A DNA stretch of 64,000 bases from the human T2T-CHM13v2.0 reference genome, Homo sapiens. This document shows positions 13,248 through 26,518 of the stretch, in pieces; within the stretch, counting starts at the first letter, position 1, and each line of letters starts with the position of its first letter. The stretch lies in the NCBI RefSeq assembly GCF_009914755.1, contig NC_060939.1; one strand, written 5' to 3'. The notes below the pieces were generated by a model that was given only the letters and a program-made list of their open reading frames with translations, was not told where the DNA came from and searched no databases. The translations under genes were made by a program, and so were the position numbers.

Positions 13248-15153
13248 CTAGGATGTGCCTAAATTAACTTTTTGACATAACCCTGTACTGATCATCCAGG
13301 TGATGGAGCTTTTGTCTAGGCTCTGCCTAAGGGGGCATTGTGACATATTTCTGCATTGATCACCCAGGTGGCGAACTCTTCTCTCGGGTCTGCCTATGGG
13401 GGCATTGTGAGAAATCTCTGCACTGATAACCCAGGTGATGTAACTGTTGTGTAACCTCTGCCTACAGGGGAATTGTGAGAGATCTCGTCACTGATTATCC
13501 AAGTGATGTAACCGTTGTCTAGGCTTTGCAAACAGGGGGCTTTGTGACATATATTTGCACTGATCACCCAGGTGATGTAACACATCTAAGTTCGGCCTAA
13601 AGGAGCTTTGTGACATGTCTCTGCACTGATCACTTAGGTGATGTAACACTTTTATAATCACTGCCTACAGGGAATTTTGACAAATCTCTGCACTGATCAC
13701 CTAGGTGATGTCACTCTTGTCTACCCTCTGTGCAACGGGGCCTTGTGAAATATCTCTGCACTGATCACCCAGGTGATTCAACTCTTGACTAGGAACTGAC
13801 TACAGAGGTTATTGTGAAATATCTCTGCACTTATAAACTAGGTGGTGTAAAACTTGTCCAAGCTCTGCCTACAGGGGCGTTTCCACATATCCCTGAACTG
13901 ATGACAAAGGTGATGTAACTCTTGCCTAGGCTTTGCCTACAGGGAACATTGGACATATATCTGCACTGATCACCCAGGTGATGCAACTCTTGCCTAGGCT
14001 TTGCCTACAGGGGACATTGTGACATATCTCTTCAATGATCACTCCTGTGATGCATCTCTTGCCTAGGCTTTGCCTACAGGTGACATTGTGACATATCTCT
14101 GCACTGATCTCCCAGGTGCTGTAACTTTAGTCTAGGCTCTGGCTACACGGCATTGTGACATATCACTGCACTGATCAACCAGGTGATATAACTCTTGTAT
14201 AGGCTCTGCCTACAGGGGGATTGTGACCTACCACTGCACTGATCACCCAGGTGATATAACTCTTCTCTAGGATCTGCCTACAGGGTACTTTGTGACATAT
14301 CCCTGCACTGATCACCCAGGTGATCTAACTCTGGTCTAAGCTCTGCCTAAAGGGGCATTGTGACAGATCTCTGCACTGATCACTCTGGTGATGTAAGTAT
14401 TGTCTAGGCTCTGCTTCAAGGGGCCTTGTCATATACCTCTGCACTGATCACCCAGGTGATGTAACTCTTGTCTAGGCTCTGCTTCCAGGGCATATTGTGA
14501 CATATCTATGCACTGATCACCTTAGTGATGTAACACTTTGGTAGGCTCGGCCTACAGGGGAATCTTGACATATCTCTGCACTGTTAACCGAGGTGATTTA
14601 ACTCTTGTCTAGGCTGTGCCCACAGGGGGATTGAGACATATCTCTGCACTGATCCCGAGGTGACACAACTCTTGCCTGGTCTCTGCCTACTGTGGACATT
14701 GAGACATATCTCTGCACTGATCTCCCAGGTGCTGTAACTTTAGTCTAGGCTCTGGCTACACGGCATTGTGACATATCACTGCACTGATCACCCAGGCGAT
14801 ACAACTCTTCTCTAGGATCTGACCACAGGGTGCTTTGTGACATCTCCCTACAATGATCACCCAGGTGATCTACCACTTGCCAAGGCTCTGCCTACAGGGG
14901 CATTGCAATGTATCTCTGCACTGATCACCTAGGTCTTGTAGCTATTTTCTAGGATCTGCCTACAGGGTGCTTTGTGACGTGTCCCAGCAACGATTACCCA
15001 GGTGATGTACCTCTCATCAAGGCTCTGCCTACAGGCACATTGTGATGTATCTCTGCACTGATCACCTAGGTCATGTAACTTTTTCCCAGGCTCTACCTAC
15101 GATGGCATTGTGACATATCTCTGCACTAATCATCCAAGTGATGTAACTCTTGT
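13248..15153 (+). repeat. Representative canonical 28-monomer HOR unit (about 1905 bp)
   Basis: 28 monomers were read in fixed order, e.g. M1 ...GGATGTGCCTAAATTAAC, M6 ...ACACATCTAAGTTCGGCC, M7 ...CACTTTTATAATC, M21 GTTAACCGAGG, M26 ...GTCTTGTAGCTATT. Anchor spacing of 1904-1909 bp occurs at units starting 3853, 9438, 11343, 13248, 15154, 17060, 22776, 29038, 30947, 32851, 37275, 39181, 46126, 54834 and 60415. Confidence 0.95.
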
Positions 15154-18100
15154 CTAGGATGTGCCTAAATTAACTTTTTGACATAACCCTGTACTGATCA
15201 TCCAGGTGATGGAGCTTTTGTCTAGGCTCTGCCTAAGGGGGCATTGTGACATATTTCTGCATTGATCACCCAGGTGGCGAACTCTTCTCTCGGATCTGCC
15301 TATGGGGGCATTGTGAGAAATCTCTGCACTGATCACCCAGGTGATGTAACTGTTGTGTAACCTCTGCCTACAGGGGAATTGTGAGAGATCTCGGCAATGA
15401 TTACCCAAGGGATGTAACCGATGTCTAGGCTTTGCATACAGGGGGCTTTGTGACATACCTTTGCACTGATCACCCAGGTGATGTAACACATCTAAGTTCG
15501 GCCTAAAGGAGCTTTGTGACATATCTCTGCACTGATCACTTAGGTGATGTAACACTTTTATAATCACTGCCTACAGGGAATTTTGACAAATCTCTGCACT
15601 GATCACCTAGGTGATGTAACACTTGTCTACCCTCTGTCCAACGGGGCATTGTGAAATATCTCTGCACTGATCACCCAGGTGATTCAACTCTTGACTAGGA
15701 ACTGCCTACAGAGGTTATTGTGAAATATCTCTGCACTGATAAACTAGGTGGTGTAAACCTTGTCCAAACTCTGCCTACAGGGGCGTTTCCACATATCCCT
15801 GAAGTGATGACAAAGGTGATGTAACTCTTGCCTAGGCTTTGCCTACAGGGAACATTGGACATATATCTGCACTGATCACCCAGGTGATGCAACTCTTGCC
15901 TTGGCTTTGCCTACAGGGGACATCGTGACATATCTCTTCAATGATCTCTCATGTGATGCATCTCTTGCCTAGGCTTTGCCTACAGGGGACATTGTGACAT
16001 ATCTCTGCACTGATCTCCCAGGTGCTGTAACTTTAGTCTAGGCTCTGGCTACACGGCATTGTGACATATCACTGCACTGATCAACCAGGTGATATAACTC
16101 TTGTATAGGCTCTGCCTACAGGGGGATTGTGACCTACCTCTGCATTGATCACCCAGGTGATATAACTCTTCTCTAGGATCTGCTTACAGGGTACTTTGTG
16201 ACATATCCCTGCACTGATCACCCAGGTGATCTAACTCTGGTCTAAGCTCTGCCTAAACGGGCATTGTGACAGATCTCTGCACTGATAACTCTGGTGATGT
16301 AAGTATTTTCTAGGCTCTGCTTCAAGGGGCCTTGTCACATATCTCTGCACTGATCACCCAGGTGATGTAACTCTTGTCTAGGCTCTGCTTCCAGGGCATA
16401 TTGTGACATATCTATGCACTGATCACCTTAGTGATGTAACACTTTGGTAGGCTCGGCCTACAGGGGAATCTTGACATATCTCTGCACTGTTAACCGAGGT
16501 GATTTAACTCTTGTCTAGGCTGTGCCCACAGGGGGATTGAGACATATCTCTACACTGATCCCCAGGTGATACAACTCTTGCCTGGTCTCTGCCTACTGTG
16601 GACATTGTGACATATCTCTGCACTGATCTCCCAGGTGCTGTAACTTTAGTCTAGGCTCTGGCTATACGGCATTGTGACATATCACTGCACTGATCACCCA
16701 GGAGATATAACTCTTCTCTAGGATCTGACCACAGGGTGCTTTGTGACATATCCCTGCAATGATCACCCAGGTGATATATCACTTGCCAAGGCTCTGCCTA
16801 CAGGGGCATTGCAATGTATCTCTGCACTGATCACCTAGGTCTTGTAGCTATTTTCTAGGATCTGTCTACAGGGTGCTTTGTGACGTGTCCCAGCAAGGAT
16901 TACCCAGGTGATGTACCTCTCATCAAGGCTCTGCCTACAGGCACATTGTGATGTATCTCTGCACTGATCACCTAGGTCATGTAACTTTTTCCCAGGCTCT
17001 ACCTACGATGGCATTGTGACATATCTCTGCACTAATCATCCAAGTGATGTAACTCTTGTCTAGGATGTGCCTAAATTAACTTTTTGACATAACCCTGTAC
17101 TGATCATCCAGGTGATGGAGCTTTTGTCTAGGCTCTGCCTAAGGGGGCATTGTGACATATTTCTGCATTGATCACCCAGGTGGCGAACTCTTCTCTCGGA
17201 TCTGCCTATGGGGGCATTGTGAGAAATCTCTGCACTGATCACCCAGGTGATGTAACTGTTGTGTAACCTCTGCCTACAGGGGAATTGTGAGAGATCTCGG
17301 CAATGATTACCCAAGGGATGTAACCGATGTCTAGGCTTTGCATACAGGGGGCTTTGTGACATACCTTTGCACTGATCACCCAGGTGATGTAACACATCTA
17401 AGTTCGGCCTAAAGGAGCTTTGTGACATATCTCTGCACTGATCACTTAGGTGATGTAACACTTTTATAATCACTGCCTACAGGGAATTTTGACAAATCTC
17501 TGCACTGATCACCTAGGTGATGTAACACTTGTCTACCCTCTGTCCAACGGGGCATTGTGAAATATCTCTGCACTGATCACCCAGGTGATTCAACTCTTGA
17601 CTAGGAACTGCCTACAGAGGTTATTGTGAAATATCTCTGCACTGATAAACTAGGTGGTGTAAACCTTGTCCAAACTCTGCCTACAGGGGCGTTTCCACAT
17701 ATCCCTGAAGTGATGACAAAGGTGATGTAACTCTTGCCTAGGCTTTGCCTACAGGGAACATTGGACATATATCTGCACTGATCACCCAGGTGATGCAACT
17801 CTTGCCTTGGCTTTGCCTACAGGGGACATCGTGACATATCTCTTCAATGATCTCTCATGTGATGCATCTCTTGCCTAGGCTTTGCCTACAGGGGACATTG
17901 TGACATATCTCTGCACTGATCTCCCAGGTGCTGTAACTTTAGTCTAGGCTCTGGCTACACGGCATTGTGACATATCACTGCACTGATCAACCAGGTGATA
18001 TAACTCTTGTATAGGCTCTGCCTACAGGGGGATTGTGACCTACCTCTGCATTGATCACCCAGGTGATATAACTCTTCTCTAGGATCTGCTTACAGGGTAC

Positions 18101-18965
18101 TTTGTGACATATCCCTGCACTGATCACCCAGGTGATCTAACTCTGGTCTAAGCTCTGCCTAAACGGGCATTGTGACAGATCTCTGCACTGATAACTCTGG
18201 TGATGTAAGTATTTTCTAGGCTCTGCTTCAAGGGGCCTTGTCACATATCTCTGCACTGATCACCCAGGTGATGTAACTCTTGTCTAGGCTCTGCTTCCAG
18301 GGCATATTGTGACATATCTATGCACTGATCACCTTAGTGATGTAACACTTTGGTAGGCTCGGCCTACAGGGGAATCTTGACATATCTCTGCACTGTTAAC
18401 CGAGGTGATTTAACTCTTGTCTAGGCTGTGCCCACAGGGGGATTGAGACATATCTCTGCACTGATCCCCAGGTGATACAACTCTTGCCTGGTCTCTGCCT
18501 ACTGTGGACATTGTGACATATCTCTGCACTGATCTCCCAGGTGCTGTAACTTTAGTCTAGGCTCTGGCTATACGGCATTGTGACATATCACTGCACTGAT
18601 CACCCAGGAGATATAACTCTTCTCTAGGATCTGACCACAGGGTGCTTTGTGACATATCCCTGCAATGATCACCCAGGTGATATATCACTTGCCAAGGCTC
18701 TGCCTACAGGGGCATTGCAATGTATCTCTGCACTGATCACCTAGGTCTTGTAGCTATTTTCTAGGATCTGTCTGCAGGGTGCTTTGTGACGTGTCCCAGC
18801 AAGGATTACCCAGGTGATGTACCTCTCATCAAGGCTCTGCCTACAGGCACATTGTGATGTATCTCTGCACTGATCACCTAGGTCATTTAACTTTTTTCTA
18901 GGCTCTACCTACGATGGCATTGTGACATATCTCTGCACTAATCATCCAAGTGATGTAACTCTTGT

Positions 18966-20939
18966 CTAGGATGTGCCTAAATTAACTTTTTGACATAACC
19001 CTGTACTGATCATCCAGGTGATGGAGCTTTTGTCTAGGCTCTGCCTAAGGGGGCATTGTGACATATTTCTGCATTGATCACCCAGGTGGCGAACTCTTCT
19101 CTCGGATCTGCCTATGGGGGCATTGTGAGAAATCTCTGCACTGATAACCCAGGTGATGTAACTGTTGTGTATCCTCTGCCTACAGGGGAATTGTGAGAGA
19201 TCTCGTAACTGATTACCCAAGTGATGTAACCGTTGTCTAGGCTTTGCATACAGGGGGCTTTGTGACATACCTTTGCACTGATCACCCAGGTGATGTAACA
19301 CATCTAAGTTCGGCCTAAAGGAGCTTTGTGACATATCTCTGCACTGATCACTTAGGTGATGTAACACTTTTATAATCACTGCCTACAGGGAATTTTGAGA
19401 AATCTCTGCACTGATCACCTAGGTGATGTAACTCTTGTCTACCCTCTGTGCAACGGGGCCTTGTGAAATATCTCTGCACTGATCACCCAGGTGATTCAAC
19501 TCTTGACTAGGAACTGCCTACAGAGGTTATTGTGAAATATCTCTGCACTGATAAACTAGGTGGTGTAAACCTTGTCCAAGCTCTGCCTACAGGGGCGTTT
19601 CCACATATCCCTGAACTGATGACAAAGGTGATGTAACTCTTGCCTAGGCTTTGCCTACAGGGAATATTGGACATATAAATGCACTGATCACCCAGGTGAT
19701 GCAACTCTTGCCTAGGCTTTGCCTACAGGGGACATCGTGACATATCTCTTCAATGATCACTCATGTGATGCATCTCTTGCCTAGGCTTTGCCTACAGGGA
19801 ACATTGGACATATATCTGCACTGATCACCCAGGTGATGCAACTGTTGCCTAGGCTTTGCCTACAAGGGACATTGTGACATATCTCTGCACTGATCTCCCA
19901 GTTGCTGTAACTTTAGTCTAGGCTCTGGCTACACGGCATTGTGACATATCACTGCACTGATCAACCAGGTGATATAACTCTTGTATAGGCTCTGCCTACA
20001 GGGGGATTGTGACCTACCTCTGCACTGATCACCCAGGTGATATAACTCTTCTCTAGGATCTGCCTACAGGGTACTTTGTGACATATCCCTGCACTGATCA
20101 CCCAGGTGATCTATCTCTGGTCTAAGCTCTGCCTAAAGGGGCATTGTGACAGATCTCTGCACTGATCACTCAGGTGATGTAAGTATTGTCTAGGCTCTGC
20201 TTCAAGGGGCCTTGTCACATATCTCTGCACTGATCACCCAGGTGATGTAACTCTTGTCTAGGCTCTGCTTCCAGGGCATATTGTGACATATCTATGCACT
20301 GATCACCTTAGTGATGTAACACTTTGGTAGGCTCGGCCTACAGGGGAATCTTGACATATCTCTGCACTGTTAACCGAGGTGATTTAACTCTTGTCTAGGC
20401 TGTGCCCACAGGGGGATTGAGACATATCTCTGCACTGATCCCGAGGTGATACAACTCTTGCCTGGTCTCTGCCTACTGTGGACATTGGGACATATCTCTG
20501 CACTGATCTCCCAGGTGCTGTAACTTTAGTCTAGGCTCTGGCTACACGGCATTGTGACATATCACTGCACTGATCACCCAGGCGATATAACTCTGCTCTA
20601 GGATCTGACCACAGGGTGCTTTGTGACATATCCCTGCAATGATCACCCAGGTTATACACCACTTGCCAAGGCTCTGCCTACAGGGGCATTGCAATGTATC
20701 TCTGCACTGATCACCTAGGTCTTGTAGCTATTTTCTAGGATCTGCCTACAGGGTGCTTTGTGACGTGTCCCAACAACGATTACCCAGGTGATGTACCTCT
20801 CATCAAGGCTCTGCCTACAGGCACATTGTGATGTATCTCTGCACTGATCACCTAGGTCATGTAACTTTTTTCTAGGCTCTACCTACGATGGCATTGTGAC
20901 ATATCTCTGCACTAATCATCCAAGTGATGTAACTCTTGT
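18966..20939 (+). repeat. 29-mer HOR variant (extra monomer in the M11-M13 cluster), 1974 bp
   Basis: The order is M11, M12, an M13-head/M11-tail hybrid (about 19755-19822), an M12-head/M13-tail hybrid (about 19823-19891), then M14. Confidence 0.9.
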
Positions 20940-22775
20940 CTAGGATGTGTCTAAATTAACTTTTTGACATAACCCTGTACTGATCATCCAGGTGATGGAG
21001 CTTTTGTCTAGGCTCTGCCTAAGGGGGCATTGTGACATATTTCTGCATTGATCACCCAGGTGGCGAACTCTTCTCTCGGATCTGCCTATGGGGGCATTGT
21101 GAGAAATCTCTGCACTGATCACCCAGGTGATGTAACTGTTGTGTAACCTCTGCCTACAGGGGAATTGTGAGAGATCTCGTCAATGATTACCCAAGTGATG
21201 TATCCGTTGTCTAGGCTTTGCCTACAGGGGGCTTTGTGACATACCTTTGCACTGATCACCCAGGTGATGTAACACATCTAAGTTCGGCCTAAAGGAGCTT
21301 TGTGACATATCTCTGCACTGATCACTTAGGTGATGTAACACTTTTATAATCACTGCCTACAGGGAATTTTGACAAATCTCTGCACTGATCACCTAGGTGA
21401 TGTAACTCTTGTCTACCCTCTGTCCAACGGGGCATTGTGAAATATCTCTGCACTGATCACACAGGTGATTCAACTCTTGACTAGGAACTGCCTACAGAGG
21501 TTATTGTGAAATATCTCTGCACTGATAAACTAGGTGGTGTAACCCTTGTCCAAGCTCTGCCTACAGGGGCGTTTCCACATATCCATGAACTGATGACAAA
21601 GGTGATGTAACTCTTGCCTAGGCTTTGCCTACAGGGAATATTGGACATATATCTGCACTGATCACCTAGGTGATGCAACTGTTGCCTAGGCTTTGCCTAC
21701 GGGGGACATTGTGACATATCTCTGCCCTGATCTCCCAGTTGCTGTAACTTTAGTCTAGGCTCTGGCTACACGGCATTGTGACATATCACTGCACTGATCA
21801 ACCAGGTGATATAACTCTTGTATAGGCTCTGCCTACAGGGGGATTGTGACCTACCTCTGCACTGATCACGCAGGTGATATAACTCTTCTCTAGGATCCTC
21901 CTACAGGGTACTTTGGACATATCCCTGCACTGATCACCCAGGTGATCTCTCTCTGGTCTAAGCTCTGCCTAAAGGGGCATTGTGACAGATCTCTGCACTG
22001 ATCACTCAGGTGATGTAAGTATTTTCTAGGCTCTGCTTCAAGGGGCCTTGTCACATATCTCTGCACTGATCACCCAGGTGATGTAACTCTTGTCTAGGCT
22101 CTGCTTCCAGGGCATATTGTGACATATCTATGCACTGATCACCTTAGTGATGTAACACTTTGGTAGGCTCGGCCTACAGGGGAATCTTGACATATCTCTG
22201 CACTGTTAACCGAGGTGATTTAACTCTTGTCTAGGCTGTGCCCACAGGGGGATTGAGACATATCTCTGCACTGATCCCGAGGTGATACAACTCTTGCCTG
22301 GTCTCTGCCTACTGTGGACATTGTGACATATCTCTGCACTGATCTCCCAGGTGCTGTAATTTTAGTCTAGGCTCTGGCTACACGGCATTGTGACAAATCA
22401 CTGCACTGATCACCCAGGCGATATAACTCTTCTCTAGGATCTGACCACAGGGTGCTTTGTGACATATCCCTGCAATGATCACCCAGGTGATATACAACTT
22501 GCCAAGGCTCTGCCTACAGGGGCATTGCAATGTATCTCTGCACTGATCACCTAGGTCTTGTAGCTATTTTCTAGGATCTGCCTACAGGGTGCTTTGTGAG
22601 GTGTCCCAGCAAGGATTACCCAGGTGATGTATCTCTCATCAAGGCTCTGCCTACAGGCACATTGTGATGTATCTCTGCACTGATCACCTAGGTCATGTAA
22701 CTTTTTTCTAGGCTCTACCTACGATGGCATTGTGACATATCTCTGCACTAATCATCCAAGTGATGTAACACTTGT
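20940..22775 (+). repeat. 27-mer HOR variant (M12/M13 fusion), 1836 bp
   Basis: M11 is followed by a single GATGCAACTGTTGCC monomer and then M14. The CTCTTCAATGATCACTCATG junction is absent. Confidence 0.88.
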
Positions 22776-24682
22776 CTAGGATGTGCCTAAATTAACTTTT
22801 TGACATAACCCTGTACTGATCATCCAGGTGATGGAGCTTTTGTCTAGGCTCTGCCTAAGGGGGCATTGTGACATATATCTGCATTGATCACCCAGGTGGC
22901 GAACTCTTCCCTCGGATCTGCCTATGGGGGCATTGTGAGAAATCTCTGCACTGATAACCCAGGTGATGTAACTGTTGTGTAACCTCTGCCTACAGGAGAA
23001 TTGTGAGAGATCTCGTCACTGATTACCCAAGTGATGTAACCGTTGTCTAGGCTTTGCATACAGGGGGCTTTGTGACATACCTTTGCACTGATCACCCAGG
23101 TGATGTAACACATCTAAGTTCGGCCTAAAGGAGCTTTCTGACATATCTCTGCACTGATCACTTAGGTGATGTAACACTTTTATAATTACTGCCTACAGGG
23201 AATTTTGACAAATCTCTGCACTGATCACCTAGGTGATGTAACTCTTGTCTACCCTCTGTCCAACGGGGCATTGTGAAATATCTCTGCACTGATCACCCAG
23301 GTGATTCAACTCTTGAATAGGAACTGCCTACAGAGGTTATTGTGAAATATCTCTGCACTGATAAACTAGGTGGTGTAACCCTTGTCCAAGCTCTGCCTAC
23401 AGGGGCGTTTCCACATATACCTGAACTGATGACAAAGGTGAAGTAACTCTTGCCTAGGCTTTGCCTACAGGGAACAGTGGACATATATCTGCACTGATCA
23501 CCCAGGTGATGCAACTCCTGCCTAGGCTTTGCCTACAGGGGACATTGTGACATATCTCTTCAATGATCACTCATGTGATGCATCTCTTGCCTAGGCTTTG
23601 CCTACAGGGGACATTGTGACATATCTCTGCACTGATCTCCCAGGTGCTGTAACTTTAGTCTAGTCTCTGGCTACACGGCATTGTGACATATCACTGCACT
23701 GATCAACCAGGTGATATAACTCTTGTATAGGCTATGCCTACAGGGGGATTGTGACCTACCTCTGCACTGATCACCCAGGTGATATAACTCTTCTCTAGGA
23801 TCTGCCTACAGGGGTACTTTGTGACATATCCCTGCACTGATCACCCAGGTGATCTATCTCTGGTCTAAGCTCTGCCTAAAGGGGCATTGTGACAGATCTC
23901 TGCACTGATCACTCAGGTGATGTAAGTATTGTCTAGGCTCTGCTTCAAGGGGCCTTGTCACATATCTCTGCACTGATCACCCAGGTGATGTAACTCTTGT
24001 CTAGGCTCTGCTTCCAGGGCATATTGTGACATATCTATGCACTGATCACCTTAGTGATGTAACACTTTGGTAGGCTCGGCCTACAGGGGAATCTTGACAT
24101 ATCTCTGCACTGTTAACCGAGGTGATTTAACTCTTGTCTAGGCTGTGCCCACAGGGGGATTGAGACATATCTCTGCACTGATCCCGAGGTGATACAACTC
24201 TTGCCTGGTCTCTGCCTACTGTGGACATTGTGACATATCTCTGCACTGATCTCCCATGTGCTGTAACTTTAGTCTAGACTCTGGCTACACGGCATTGTGA
24301 CATATCACTGCACTGATCACCCAGGCGATATAACTCTGCTCTAGGATCTGACCACAGGGTGCTTTGTGACATATCCCTGCAATGATCACCCAGGTTATAT
24401 ACCACTTGCCAAGGCTCTGCCTACAGGGGCATTGCAATGTATCTCTGCACTGATCACCTAGGTCTTGTAGCTATTTTCTAGGATCTGCCTACAGGGTGCT
24501 TTGTGACGTGTCCCAGCAACGATTACCCAGGTGATGTACCTCTCATCAAGGCTCTGCCTACAGGCACATTGTGATGTATCTCTGCACTGATCACCTAGGT
24601 CATGTAACTTTTTTCTAGGCTCTACCTACGATGGCATTGTGACATATCTCTGCACTAATCATCCAAGTGATGTAACTCTTGT

Positions 24683-26518
24683 CTAGGATGTGTCTAAATT
24701 AACTTTTTGACATAACCCTGTACTGATCATCCAGGTGATGGAGCTTTTGTCTAGGCTCTGCCTAAGGGGGCATTGTGACATATCTGCATTGATCACCAAG
24801 GTGGCGAACTCTTCTCTCGGATCTGCCTATGGGGGCATTGTGAGAAATCTCTGCACTGATCACCCAGGTGATGTAACTGTTGTGTAACCTCTGCCTACAG
24901 GGGAATTGTGAGAGATCTCGTCAATGATTACCCAAGTGATGTATCCGTTGTCTAGGCTTTGCATACAGGGGGCTTTGTGACATACCTTTGCACTGATCAC
25001 CCAGGTGATGTAACACATCTAAGTTCGGCCTAAAGGAGCTTTGTGACATATCTCTGCACTGATCACTTAGGTGATGTAACACTTTTATAATCACTGCCTA
25101 CAGGGAATTTTGACAAATCTCTGCACTGATCACCTAGGTGATGTAACTCTTGTCTACCCTCTGTCCAACGGGGCATTGTGAAATATCTCTGCACTGATCA
25201 CCCAGGTGATTCAACTCTTGACTAGGAACTGCCTACAGAGGTTATTGTGAAATATCACTGCACTGATAAACTAGGTGGTGTAACCCTTGTCCAAGCTCTG
25301 CCTACAGGGGCGTTTCCACATATCCATGAACTGATGACAAAGGTGATGTAACTCTTGCCTAGGCTTTGCCTACAGGGAACATTGGACATATATCTGCACT
25401 GATCACCCAGGTGATGCAACTATTGCCTAGGCTTTGCCTACAGGGGACATTGTGACATATCTCTGCACTGATCTCCCAGGTGCTGTAACTTTAGTCTAGG
25501 CTCTGGCTACACGGCATTGTGACATATCACTGCACTGATCAACCAGGTGATATAACTCTTGTATAGGCTCTGCCTACAGGGGGATTGTGACCTACCACTG
25601 CACTGATCACCCAGGTGATATAACTCTTCTGTAGGATCTGCCTACAGTGTACTTTGTGACATATCCCTGCACTGATCACCCAGGTGATCTAACTCTGGTC
25701 TAAGCTCTGCCTAAAGGGGCATTGTGACAGATCTCTGCACTGATCACTCTGGTGATGGAAAGTTTTGTCTAGGCTCTGCTTCAAGGGGCCTTGTCACATA
25801 TCTCTGCACTGATCACCCAGGTGATGTAACTCTTGTCTAGGCTCTGCTTCCAGGGCATATTGTGACATATCTATGCACTGATCACCTTAGTGATGTAACA
25901 CTTTGGTAGGCTCGGCCTACAGGGGAATCTTGACATATCTCTGCACTGTTAATCGAGGTGATTTAACTCTTGTCTAGGCTGTGCCCACAGGGGGATTGAG
26001 ACATATCTCTGCACTGATCCCGAGGTGATACAATTCTTGCCTGGTCTCTGCCTACTGTGGACATTGGGACATATCGCTGCACTGATCTCCCTGGTGCTGT
26101 AACTTTAGTCTAGGCTCTGGCTACACGGCATTGTGACATATCACTGCACTGATCACCCAGGCGATATAACTCTTCTCTAGGATCTGACCACAGGGTGCTT
26201 TGTGACATATCCCTGCAATGATCACCCAGGTGATATACCACTTGCCAAGGCTCTGCCTACAGGGGCATTGCAATGTATCTCTGCACTGATCACCTAGGTC
26301 TTGTAGCTATTTTCTAGGATCTGCCTACAGGGTGCTTTGTGACGTGTCCCAGCAAGGATTACCCAGGTGATGTACCTCTCATCAAGGCTCTGCCTACAGG
26401 CACATTATGATGTATCTCTGCACTGATCACCTAGGTCATGTAAATTTTGTCTAGGCTCTACCTACGATGGCATTGTGACATATCTCTGCACTAATCATCC
26501 AAGTGATGTAACTCTTGT
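24683..26518 (+). repeat. 27-mer HOR variant (M12/M13 fusion), 1836 bp
   Basis: It has the same fusion as the unit at 20940, located at about 25400-25470, and shares the private variants GGATGTGTCTAA, GATGTATCCGTT and ATCCATGAAC with it. Confidence 0.88.
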
